From Octopus bimaculoides (taxonomy: Eukaryota): a stretch of 64,000 nt of DNA. Positions 10,608-22,217 of the stretch are shown in pieces (positions within the stretch are counted from its first letter, which is position 1; every line of letters starts with the position of its first letter). Made by a program: the position numbers and the translations under genes. The notes under the pieces were generated by a model, which saw only the letters and a list, made by a program, of their open reading frames with translations, was not told the DNA's origin and did no database searches. The stretch covers positions 20,306,394 to 20,370,393 of the forward strand of contig NC_068983.1 of assembly GCF_001194135.2 (NCBI RefSeq), given 5' to 3'.

Positions 10608-10738
10608 TTCATTTATTGAGCGACGACGAAAGGATAAATGGTGACGTTGCCATCTCGGGAATTTGACCTCAGAGCGCAGCGGTCTGGAACTGATATTCTA
10701 ACGGATGTTATTCGATGCTTCAGCGACCCAGGCAACTC
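10608..10738 (-). mobile_element. Decayed SINE family A
   Basis: GAAAGGATAAATGGTGACGTTG..GGAATTTGACCTCAGA. Confidence 0.6.
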
Positions 10739-10754
10739 ATCTCTCTCCCTCTCT

Positions 10755-10756
<2 letters not shown>

Positions 10757-10842
<86 letters not shown>
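10757..10842. repeat. (TA)n microsatellite
   Basis: Long perfect TA run. Confidence 0.95.
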
Positions 10843-10848
<6 letters not shown>

Positions 10849-12094
10849 CACACAATCACATAAAGACATAGGTATATAGTGCAAAAATTGAAAAAAAACA
10901 AAGATGAGGTACAAAAATAAACAAACCGGGTTTATCAGGTTTACGTTCAGGAAAATTAGATGTCTTTAATGTTTCAAACACACTCTTCTTTGGAAAGGAT
11001 AGATCAGGACAGAGAAGAAATAGAAACGTACAAATGTATCGCAATTAGTTGGTCACTGCGCGCACACACACAGAGGATTTTTCAAAACAGTTTGTAATAT
11101 ATTGTTTTAACCCTCACGGCTAATATAAAAACTATTATTATTATCAATAATCATCTAACAGCTAATTGATTTTTAAATACTTCTACTCAGTAGGGTGTGG
11201 CTTCGGTTGGTGCTTGGGGCTAACCATCATCACATGTATGCACATAAACGGTTAAGTTTATCCCCATGTATCTTTTACTGCTATCAGCTAACTAATTGCT
11301 TTGATACAAATCTAATATTTCAAATGGAATAAACAATGTCGTAATTATTTACAAAGTTCAAGATAATTACGGGAAATCGAGGTAACATCTTATGAATTTG
11401 GACGTTCATAACACCAAAGTTTGTTTCAACACACGAACTGACATGAAGAATCTTGCAAACCAAATGCAAAATCGTTTTATAACGATTTTCAAAACAAAAA
11501 CGTCTGTATTTTCGATACGAAATTGCCTTGGCCTGCTCATGATACTAACCTCAAATTACCATTGTCTTAGAAGAGAAAGGAAACTTTGTATATTACACTT
11601 CTGCATATCGCATGTCTGAATAATACACAACTTGNNNNNNNNNNNNNNNNNNNNNNNNNNNNNNNNNNNNNNNNNNNNNNNNNNNNNNNNNNNNNNNNNN
11701 NNNNNNNNNNNNNNNNNNNNNNNNNNNNNNNNNNNNNNNNNNNNNNNNNNNNNNNNNNNNNNNNNNNNNNNNNNNNNNNNNNNNNNNNNNNNNNNNNNNN
11801 NNNNNNNNNNNNNNNNNNNNNNNNNNNNNNNNNNNNNNNNNNNNNNNNNNNNNNNNNNNNNNNNNNNNNNNNNNNNNNNNNNNNNNNNNNNNNNNNNNNN
11901 NNNNNNNNNNNNNNNNNNNNNNNNNNNNNNNNNNNNNNNNNNNNNNNNNNNNNNNCCTTGTGCCTATAATAGAAAGGTTTATTAGCTACTGTCGATATGC
12001 TTCAGCCATTTTTTGACAAGGAAATAATAATTTTATCACCGCCAGAATCGTTTGAGAATCGTTTGTTTACGAAGTCAGCATTTAATGTATTCGG

Positions 12095-12287
12095 CTGAAT
12101 GGACGTCAGTCATTGGTTGAAATTACAGAAATACGACAACTTTAACATGAAATAACTTGCGATGTACGTTTTTTTGTTAAGAAGACTAAGAGAAAAAGAT
12201 GTTTTATATGACACATTCTACCAGTGTCCCAAGTTTCAAAGTGTTTCGTTAAGAAAATACTGGTGCCCCCGTTTTGAACAAGATCCC
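12095..12287. repeat. Second copy of dispersed repeat family F
   Basis: GTCAGTCATTGGTTGAAATTACAGAAATACGACAACTTTAACATGAAATAA...GCCCCCGTTTTGAACAAGATCCC; compare 1-298. Confidence 0.55.
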
Positions 12288-13089
12288 AAAAATATATAAT
12301 GATCAGAATCCTTATATCGTTTTTGATTGTCCTATTTCTGTTTGGACAAGGTAGATTACAACTAATTTCTCATGAAAATGACTGATTCGCCTGTTTGTTA
12401 TATTTCGTTTAAACAACTAAATATTTGAACCCAGAGCAGAACAAGTCTTAGAAGCATCGCTTGGGTGAAAAATACATTGTTTTCACAAGGTTGGGAGTGA
12501 AATAATATAAGTGCTAAAATACTATCAAACGGTATCGTATGCACATCTTTTATATATATATTAAAAAGATGGTACATTAATACGATACATAGGGAAGTGA
12601 GAATAATGTTTTCCACTGATGTTATTGTTTGTCTATTTATTATTGCTTCTCTCTCTCTTATACTTTCCGTAAAATCGATTATTAAATAAGTCAATACATA
12701 AACAAAATATAAAGTATTGTTGAGTCGTCCTGAACGCCTCGAGATTTCCATCACAGATTAAAAGCCTTTTCGTTGTATTTACATGAAAAAAAGGAGAAAA
12801 ACATTAAAGTCACAATATCCCATTTTCCTCTCACCGATAACCTAATTGAAGAGCCGGAATACTTCCCAAAACTTCGCAACAAAGAGAAAAAAAGGTGAGA
12901 GTGGATATAAGAAGAATATATTTCCGTACAACAATCGTTTAGTATGAAAAAAGTATTAGCAGAAAAAGAGTGATAAAGCGTAGAACTGCCTGATCAAAAG
13001 TCAGTACAACCTCGTACTATCTTGTTTTTGTTTCTGTGTACAAGGAAGTTAGTACTTTATTTTACGAGGTACGACCTTCTACGATAGAC

Positions 13090-13280
13090 ACAATACCTCA
13101 ATTTTTGGAGTGTGGTTTAGTCGTTTAAATCGATCTCAATGCTCAACTGGTAATTATTTTATCGACTACGAAAGGATGGGGTGCAAAGCAGACCACGGCG
13201 GAATTTGAACACTAAGACAGAACAGGAAGAAATGCTATTAAGTATTTGACATGTAAACGATTCTTACAGCTCGCCACTTT
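13090..13280 (-). mobile_element. SINE family A, diverged
   Basis: CTCAACTGGTAATTATTTTATCGACTACGAAAGGATG...GGCGGAATTTGAAC. Confidence 0.7.
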
Positions 13281-14193
13281 AGCAATACCTCATTATACCA
13301 AATGTCATTTTTAAAGACAATACGGTGTAATTCAAGGGAGACAGGGGCAGTCTGTTAATCTTTTTCAAATACAGCCAAAGCTGAGTTTACTTTCGTCAGT
13401 CTGGGGTTAGAAAAGACGTGTACTAGCCAAGTATATAATCTATTATATTGACTATACCATTTCTAATCCCAAAATTTACATTTTTTTTTTTACTCTTTTC
13501 CAAAAATACAAAATTTAATAAACAAAAATAAGGGTGCTTCATGTCAGAGTTTTGGTCTGCGGTAAAATGCCTTTTATGGCACTTAGTTACGTCCCTTTAA
13601 ATTCTTAGTTCAAGCACCATTTAGGTCGACCTTTCCTTTCATCCTTACAGGATCGATAAAATAACTATCAGCCAAGTACTGAAAGTCAATTTAATCGATT
13701 CTACTCTGACACATAATTTATGGTGTTGTGCTAGGAATCAATATTAAACAAGTGTAATATTTGGAAAACAAATAAAATAAAATAAACGAATAAAATAAAT
13801 AAAAGGTGGAGACTGAGCAATATACAGGATTAGTTCTAGATTCGGTTTCGATGGCTAATTGAAGAACATTCACTTCGCTAAAACCGTAAATGCGAAAATG
13901 CAGATGGCCTGGTCGATAGAATATCGGAAATCTCACCGACATGTTTGTGGTCTGTATCTCATCAAGGTCACTGCGTTTTATGCATGGCAAATATACTTAA
14001 GTTGTTCTGAGAAGATCAACAGACTCCGAATATGTTCTTGTTGTTGTTTCTGCTGCTTTTTTGTGTGTGTGTGCGTGTGTACATGTCTGTGCAGCAGTTG
14101 TTGTACAAACACAGTTCAAACCAGATCAGAAAAATCTGTGTTCAATGATATTTTGGTCTGAGTCAGCTTTCTTCTCGTATTTTTAGAAATACA

Positions 14194-14403
14194 TTACTCT
14201 TTTACTCGTTTCAGTCATTTGACTGCGGCCATGCTGGAGCACCACCTTTAGTCGAGCAAATCGACCCCAGGACTTATTCTTTGGAAGCCTAGTACTTATT
14301 CTATCGGTCGCTTTTGCCGAACCGCTAAGTTACGGGTACGTAAACACACCAGCATCGGTTGTCAAGCGATGCTGGATGGACAAACACAGACACACAAACA
14401 TAT

Positions 14404-14450
<47 letters not shown>

Positions 14451-14755
14451 NNNNNNNNNNNNNNNNNNNNNNNNNNNNNNNNNNNNNNNNNNNNNNNNNN
14501 NNNNNNNNNNNNNNNNNNNNNNNNNNNNNNNNNNNNNNNNNNNNNNNNNNNNNNNNNNNNNNNNNNNNNNNNNNNNNNNNNNNNNNNNNNNNNNNNNNNN
14601 NNNNNNNNNNNNNNNNNTACCAAATCCACTCATAAGTCGTTGGTCGGCCCGAGGCTATAATAGAAGACACTTGCCCAAGATGCCACGCAGTGGTACTGAA
14701 CCCGGAACCATGTGGTTGGTAAGCAAGCTACTTACCACACAGCCACTCCTACGCC
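14194..14755 (-). mobile_element. SINE family B (tRNA head, CORE-like CCTTGGGCAAG motif, internal microsatellite)
   Basis: Both halves match 36410-36836; the internal (CA)n(TA)n contains the gap 14451-14617. Confidence 0.9.
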
Positions 14756-14904
14756 GACATTGTTCAATATATCTTTATTTAATTCAATCGTTGATCATTT
14801 GAGGTAATTATGACTGTCGTTTCTAGAAAATAAAATGGCCATGAAGAAGCTCTCTTTATGTGGTCAATCGATTATCTCGTTTTCGCAAATATCACCGCTG
14901 TAGT

Positions 14905-15172
14905 TGGTATCTGCGATCGGCGGAATGGTTAAGAATCTCGTTTCATAACAACGCAATTCCAGGTTCGATCCCTGTGCGTAGTGTCTTGAGCAAAATAATT
15001 TGACTATAGCTTAGGATTGTTGTATACCTTGCTAATGAAAATGAGTTCATGGAAACTGAATAGAAGCCTGTCGGATGCATTGTACCTGTAATTCAACATG
15101 TACCGCCTTATCACGTTCTGTTATATAGATTTGAATGAGAATTACTTTAAATGTACAAGTGTGATTGATATA
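14905..15172 (+). mobile_element. Old hybrid SINE: B-type 5' half joined to a C-type body
   Basis: GGCGGAATGGTTAAGAA..GGTTCGATCCC..GTCTTGAGCAAA..ACTATAGC..GAAACTG..AGAAGCCTGTCG (B), then GTACCTGTAATTCAA..CCGCCTTATCAC..GAGAATTACTTTAA..TACAAGTG (C). Confidence 0.55.
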
Positions 15173-15322
15173 TTAAGTCACAGAAGATATTTAAATCGAT
15201 AGAAGATAATTGAATTGATTGAACTAGTGAATCTACGTAGTCAAACGACGGAGATCCACTGTAAAGCAGTGACAGTACAATGAGATTCCCAACTGGTTTG
15301 CTTACTTGAATATTCAGTTCAA

Positions 15323-15660
15323 GTGACTCAGTGGCTAGAGAGATGAGCTCACAGTCATGAAGTAGTGAGTTCGATCTCCGAACCGGCTTGTGTGTTGTGT
15401 TCTTGAGTAAGACACTTTATTTCACGTTGCTCCAGTTCACTCAGCTGTAGAAATGAGTTGCGACGTCACTGGTGCCAAGCTGTATCGGCCCCTTTGCCTT
15501 TCCTTTGGATAATATTGGTGGTGTGGAGAGGGGACGCTGGTATGCATGGTTGAAAGCTGGTTTCCCATAAAACAACCCGGACTGGTGCCTTAGAGGGTAA
15601 CTTTCTAGGTGCAATCCCATGGTCATTCATGACAGAAAGCGGTCTTTAGCCCTTACCTTT
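15323..15660 (+). mobile_element. SINE family D (tRNA-derived)
   Basis: GTGACTCAGTGGCTAGAG..GTGAGTTCGATCTCC head; TGTGTTCTTGAGTAAGACACTTTATTTCACGTTGCTCCAGTTCACTC core; tail matches the reverse complement of 52347-52682. Confidence 0.8.
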
Positions 15661-16134
15661 GTTGTAGTAGGAAATTTTCCTTTCTGGGTTTCTTTTAAGG
15701 AAGGCGGGTGATGGCGTTGTCAGAGGCGGAAGGACGGTACCACTGATTTTTCAAGGGCTTCGCAATTGGTGAAAAGAAAGGAGGAAGTTGACAAGCTGAA
15801 AACTTGGTTCGAATGCTTGCAACAGAATAATCTCCACTACAGATACCCATGGATAAGGTGTTGGTATCAAACAAAGAAAATTATTAAATTGGGAATTGGA
15901 GGAGGTGAGCATCAACAGCCTCTGGAAAATTTGATCGACATAAGATTACTGTAAGGAGACATATGCAGTGAGGTCGAATACGAAATCACATCGTTGCAAA
16001 GCAATCGTCTTAACAACACAGCCATGTATCAACATGTGAAAGGTCATTCAACGTTACACGCAGAACATAACTGTGTGCAAAACAGATCCTTGCTTGTACG
16101 GATAGGAACGTAGAGAAAACCCAATCTTTTACGT

Positions 16135-16510
16135 GTTTCAGTAGTTTGACTGCAGCCATGCAAGAACAAGGCATTGTGAAGTTTTGCCGAAAAAGTCGAC
16201 TCCTGTATTTTGTTTTAAAGTCTGGTTCGTATTTATTCGGCTCCCTTTGGAGGTAGTGTTATGGCGACGTAAACAAACTAACACCGGATGTCAAGCGGTG
16301 AGGAGACAAGCACACACACGTGTGCGTGTGTGTGTGTGTGTGTGCGTGTATGATTATTGCCGACGTGCCGACGGGATTCTAAACAGTTTCGGCCTACCAA
16401 ATTCACTAACAAAGCATTGATCGACCTGAAACTATTGTAGAATATTTAAACAAGGTGCCGCGCAGTGGGACTGAACCCGAATCCATTTGGTTGCAAAGTA
16501 CCATGCCTGC
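16135..16510 (-). mobile_element. SINE family B, diverged
   Basis: TTTCAGTAG..TTGACTGCAGCCATGC...AGGTGCCGCGCAGTGGGACTGAACCCG. Confidence 0.8.
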
Positions 16511-17964
16511 AGTTTTTTTATATTTGTTTATCAGTTCCGGTCATGGATCCTACAAATTCATGTGACTCGAATAAGATTATTTCATTTCAAATTCCTTCAT
16601 AAAAAGAATGAGCGTCACAGCATCACTTTCATGTCAGTTCTGAAACCTGCAAACTAATCACAAGGAATTGATATTTTAATTTCATTAAGCTGCGGGCGGC
16701 ATTGACAATCTTGTTTTCAGTGAACCGAAACTGCAGTCTAGTTTCAAACCCTAGGTGGTCGTTCTTGATTTGCGTCGCTAATCAAAACCGATATTTATTT
16801 ATTCATTTATTTATTTAATTTATATCATAATTGGTGGACAATGGCGACTCTGGTTATTGGTTTCCAACAAGCTAATCACAGGTTCACTGCATTTCTGATA
16901 TACACAACGGAAATATTCCTATCCCTATTGTCTCTTTATTCTCTCTTTCTCACTCACTCACTCTCTCTCCAATTATCTGTCTATCTCTTCCTTTATACTT
17001 TTCTCTGTTACTGTCTATTGCACTTTTATTTAGTTCATATAAACTTACGCAGACATAATCTCAGAATGCAAACATACGCCGACACATATTCATGTTGAAG
17101 CATTTCATCTTGTGTATATGAACATTATATAGATAGATAGATAGTTAGTTTAATCTCTGTTTACAAAGAGGCATAGGTTGTTACCGAACAAACATCAACG
17201 TTCACAGCTCCTGCAAAAAAGCAAAAAATCAGCTCAGATTACATGTAAGATGGGGGCGGGGAAAAAAAAACGTCCCACGACAATCAACTGCATCCGAAAA
17301 ATAATTTTTCCGCTCAACCGAGACAACAATAACAAGTTATGAAACACATATGTTCTGAAATAACTGCAGCATCAATAGACTTCCTAGCCTCAAATACTGT
17401 ACTGGAATGCGCACCGTCTACAGTATGGACATAGTTGTAAATAGTTGAAGAATTTAAAGTAATGCAGGCATATACAGAGTAATAGATACTGATGTTAGAA
17501 CTATTGCACTACACATACTGCGCTGCATCACCGCATATCTTGGTTGGCAGCAGAATCCTTAACTCGGAGAAGGTATAGCAAAAGCGGGGGAAAAAAAGAC
17601 CTATTCGCTTGGATTGTTTATTTTTGTTAATTATCAGCCAATCATTGCATTGCTTGATATGCTGATGCACAACGACTATTTGTATTTTCGTTTAATTTAA
17701 ATTGACACTTTATAATTCTGAAATTATTTTAAATTCATTATGTTAATTATCCAGGCAGTTGATGCAATATCGATTGAGCAATGGGACAGCCTTCGCATTA
17801 TGATTTAAAATGTCACCGAGTTCGAATTTGCTTTCATTGTTTCTAGGTTGATTAAATTGACTCCTCCGCTTTCACCATTTGTATGCTGTTTAAATTGACT
17901 CATTTGCCATTGTCCGAAATTTTCTGGCCTTGCTACAAAGAGAGAAATCATTAACATATTAAAA

Positions 17965-18400
17965 CTAAAGGGCAGTAGATCACAATCGTTAAAGTATCTG
18001 AAAAATACCTTGCTCTTTACGTCCTGATTTCAAATCCCGCTGAAGTCAGCTTTACTTTTAATCCTCTCAGAGTACATAAAATAATCATTTCTATTAAAGG
18101 CACAAGGCCTGAAAATTTGTGGGGAGGAGATTAGTCGATTACATCGACCCCAGTACTCAACCGGTACTTAATGTATTGACCCCGAAAGGATGAAAGGTAA
18201 AGTCGACCTCGGCGGAATTTGAACCCAGAACGTAAAGACAGACGATATACTTCTAAGCATTTCCCCTGGCGTGCTAACGATCCTGCCAGCTCGCCGCCTT
18301 TCAGTACATAAAACAATGAACCAGTCAAGTAATGGGCTCGATGTAATCAGGACCGTCAAAATTTCAGACTTCATGTCTACGCTAGAAACAGTTATATTAA
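17965..18400 (+). mobile_element. Older SINE-A (+) split by a younger SINE-A (-) insertion
   Basis: 5' part about 17965-18081 and 3' part about 18303-18400 (CCAGTCAAGTAATGGGCTCGATGTAATC..AAAATTTCAG). Target duplication AGTACATAAAA at 18071-18081 and 18303-18313. Confidence 0.7.
18082..18299 (-). mobile_element. SINE family A, full length (nested insertion)
   Basis: Low-divergence full copy flanked by an 11-bp TSD. Confidence 0.9.
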
Positions 18401-19546
18401 AAGTAATGCAAGAATGTTATGGGCAGGTATGGAAGGCTCGAGAAATGCTGAATGAATTCCTTTCATAATTATCAAAAGGCGTAGGCATGGCTGTATGGTA
18501 AGAAAACTTGCTTCTGCGCATGCGTTGGTCAATGATTTTTCTTTGCACTGCTAGGAGTCACGACGCTGTACACCAACATCGTGAATAACTGAATAAGGGA
18601 AGCACAACTATAAGGTAAGACGTTTTTTTTTTTGTTGTTGTTGGGGGATTCAGTGGAGGTTTGTTGCTCGTGTTTATTTACTTTGTCGAACAAGAAATCT
18701 CCACTGAGTTCCGGGCATTTGTCTGCCTGTAGTTGTGCTTAGAGTCTCACTTAGCAGGGAGAAGTGCGTTTTGGAGGCGTGTCCCTTTTCCAATAATTGC
18801 AAACATTGTGCTTATTTTATACCCATGTTTTGGTGAAATTGTTGTGTGACTGATTTATGCCCTGGATTACCAAGTGGATTACCGAATTGGCTAGGAGTAA
18901 CAAGACGGCCAGAAGAATAGTTTACTGTGTTTTTTAACTATTTTCCTTTCTTCTTCCTTCATTTTATTTTTTTAACTCATTGAACTTTTGTTTTTCTGTG
19001 AATGTTTCCCCCCCCCCCCAAAAAAAAAACATGGCATAAAAGATGAACAACATTGCCACTATCGCAAAGAGCTCAGGATTGAAACTATAACTATACCTGA
19101 TATCAACCCTTGAAGAGCCCCTTCGGTCAGAAATGACCATAGTATTGCACTAAGAAAGTTCGTTTTCGAAGTAGAAGTTCCGGACATAGTTGTTTGTAGA
19201 AGACCAGCAGTTGCCCATGCATACCAGTCTGATATTTTTAAATTCCACCTCCTCCCCCTCTTCAATACACTAATTTCTTTTCCAGTTGAACATACAAATA
19301 TTTCGTACTTTCCATTTTACTTCTCATTCTTCTCCACTAACTTTTATGTCTTATATTTTTATGAATCATTTATTGTTATATTTCAAATACTCTTCAAAAT
19401 TTAATCATTTTTTTTTATTACGTTGTTATCCCGATAATCTTATTTTATTCGTTATCACGATGATTTTATTCGCCTGACCCATTTCTATTCTCATATAAGA
19501 TTATATGATTTCAGTCGACCTAAAAGCATATTAATATCTACAGACT

Positions 19547-19761
19547 TACGAGGGAGTGCTGAAAAGTTCCTGGCTTTAAGGGTATTGTGAAGGGCCTGGC
19601 TGGGGGCTCAACCTTCTGAGTTCTTTTACGGGGCTTATAAAAATTGAAGGACCGCTGCAATAATGTGTGAATCTGAGAGGGGAATATGACTAAAATCATA
19701 ATTAACTGATCCTCCTGTATTTTCTTTCTCCAAGACCAGGAACTTTTCAGCACCCCTCATA
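19547..19761 (+). mobile_element. mariner-derived MITE
   Basis: TIRs TACGAGGGAGTGCTGAAAAGTTCCTGG / CCAGGAACTTTTCAGCACCCCTCATA with TA ends. The interior retains the transposase C-terminus (LIKLKDRCNN.VNLRGEY). Confidence 0.85.
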
Positions 19762-21524
19762 TTTGTGATTTAAAATATTTCATCTGTGACCGTCCTACTT
19801 TTCGTTGAAAAAAAAAAAAATCTGAAAAAAAAAAATGATAGTGTGATTTTTAAAGAGATTTTGTAACTATTTCTAGGACATTGAGTGTTTGCGTAGAGCA
19901 AGTAAAGTAAAACCTCTACCGCAACTGACATTTCAGTCACATTCAAATTTAAACATCGCGTTAATTAAGTTTCCCACGAACTCCAAACGCAACCAAAACC
20001 AGCTCGAACCTTTTAAGACAAAATCGGAAATTCAATCCAATCTGCATCTGAAAATTAAAGATTTCTTCTTTTACTCAGCACATATGCACACACTATAGGT
20101 TTTTGTGCACATGATATTCNNNNNNNNNNNNNNNNNNNNNNNNNNNNNNNNNNNNNNNNNNNNNNNNNNNNNNNNNNNNNNNNNNNNNNNNNNNNNNNNN
20201 NNNNNNNNNNNNNNNNNNNNNNNNNNNNNNNNNNNNNNNNNNNNNNNNNNNNNNNNNNNNNNNNNNNNNNNNNNNNNNNNNNNNNNNNNNNNNNNNNNNN
20301 NNNNNNNNNNNNNNNNNNNNNNNNNNNNNNNNNNNNNNNNNNNNNNNNNNNNNNNNNNNNNNNNNNNNNNNNNNNNNNNNNNNNNNNNNNNNNNNNNNNN
20401 NNNNNNNNNNNNNNNNNNNNNNNNNNNNNNNNNNNNNNNNNNNNNNNNNNNNNNNNNNNNNNNNNNNNNNNNNNNNNNNNNNNNNNNNNNNNNNNNNNNN
20501 NNNNNNNNNNNNNNNNNNNNNNNNNNNNNNNNNNNNNNNNNNNNNNNNNNNNNNNNNNNNNNNNNNNNNNNNNNNNNNNNNNNNNNNNNNNNNNNNNNNN
20601 NNNNNNNNNNNNNNNNNNNNNNNNNNNNNNNNNNNNNNNNNNNNNNNNNNNNNNNNNNNNNNNNNNNNNNNNNNNNNNNNNNNNNNNNNNNNNNATTATT
20701 GCATCTCCCTCACGCTCACCGCGATAAATCTCCCCCACGTCCATCTTATTACGGTGAGCTACGTATGTCTTTTGGGACGCCGTAGTTTCAAAATGTGCTA
20801 ATACGTACACGTTATGGGAACAAATAGAAAGATATATAGCATGCTGTGTAGATCGCTCGATGCATATTGTTGATATCTGAAGCTGCCCGTGTCACAAGTG
20901 TATATAGCAAGGCTCTTAGTTATTTCACATGAACGTTATTTGCATGTTGCTGAACACAAGAGAGCAATCCGCCGTCTCCATACACCAAGTCAACTCTTCA
21001 TGAGATGAATGTGAATATAGAAGGAAAAGAGGGATGTAGAGGATTTCCAGTTGTCACCGTGAGCTGGACAATGTGTGTGGTGAATAGAATTGCGAATAGA
21101 CCATGACATACTGCGTGGTAAAATAATATTAATAATCGCATTATTTCATCGTCGTCATTATCACCATCGTAACATCATTATAATTAGCAAATTGTTCAAG
21201 TTGTTGAGCATGGTGAATATGACAAATGATCATTAATCATAACAGTGGTGGTGGGGGTTCTGAAGCACAAGACTATCAGTCTAGAGGGGAAGGTCATTAG
21301 TGGATAGCACTGACTACGGTACTTGACTGGTACTTTATTTTCCACGATATTCTTTTCTTGATCACGATATTTGGCTGGTACTTCATTTTCTCGACCCCGA
21401 ACGAAATAATGAGAGTCGAATCTGACTGCAACAAGACTGAAATCCAGATTGTATAGAATCGGAAACAATACCGTAAGGCATTTTGTCGGAATCTTGAACC
21501 ATTCTATCAATAGTGATGATGATG

Positions 21525-21935
21525 ATGAAAGTAATAGCAGTCCTTTCTACTATAGGAACAAAGCCTGAAAAATTAGGGGAGGGGCTAGTTGATCATATCG
21601 GCCCGAGTACTCAATTGGTACTTAATTTATCGATCCTGAAAGGTTGAAAGGCAAAGTCGCCTCTGGCGGAATTTGAACCCAGAACGTAAAGACGGACGAA
21701 ATGCCGCTAATAATAATAATAATCCTATATACTATAGACACAACGCCTGAAAATTTGCGGGAGGGGCTAGTTGATTACATCGACTCTAGTGCTCAACTGG
21801 CACTTAATTTATCGACCCCAAAAAACGATGAAAGGTAATGTCGACCACAGCGAAATTTGAACTCAAAACGTAAAGACTGACAAAATGGCGCTAAGCTAAT
21901 TTCCCGTGCTAACGATTCAGTCTATGCGCTGCCTT
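21525..21935 (-). mobile_element. Two tandem SINE-A copies
   Basis: Two successive (AAT)n-CCT..CTACTATAG tails, each followed by body and head (about 21525-21710 and 21712-21935). Confidence 0.85.
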
Positions 21936-21959
21936 AAAATGATAATGAAAATAACAATA

Positions 21960-22217
21960 TTACGGGGATGTACTTGCATAGCAAGTAACCTGATCTGAGA
22001 TAGTGTGCTGGAACGAAAACAATTGCAGCGTGGAAGGTGTTTATAAGCCATTTAAGAAACAAACAAAAACCGTTAGATTCACTTCATCACTTCATTCCGT
22101 CCTGCAGCACGGAATTTTGTCAGTGAACAGGTCGCGGTCTCAAAGCGACAAAAATATTTTGGCAAATTATATTTAAATGTTGAAATGAATCTAACGGTTT
22201 TTGTGTTTCTTAAATGT
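21960..22217. repeat. Segment containing a roughly 37-bp inverted repeat (probable internally inverted repeat element)
   Basis: CATTTAAGAAACAAACAAAAACCGTTAGATTCACTTCA (about 22050-22087) versus TGAAATGAATCTAACGGTTTTTGTGTTTCTTAAATG (about 22182-22217). Confidence 0.7.

Noticed and set aside
13718-13990. 90-aa minus-strand ORF with a protein-like middle
   Set aside because: No suitable acceptor, ends in low-complexity sequence, and has no recognisable domain.
15740-16130. Purine-rich, coding-like stretch (62-aa ORF), perhaps a decayed LINE
   Set aside because: Stops in all frames and no diagnostic motif I can identify.
18271-18468. 65-aa ORF with protein-like sequence and donor GTATGG
   Set aside because: Composed of the antisense head of one SINE-A and the 3' half of another.
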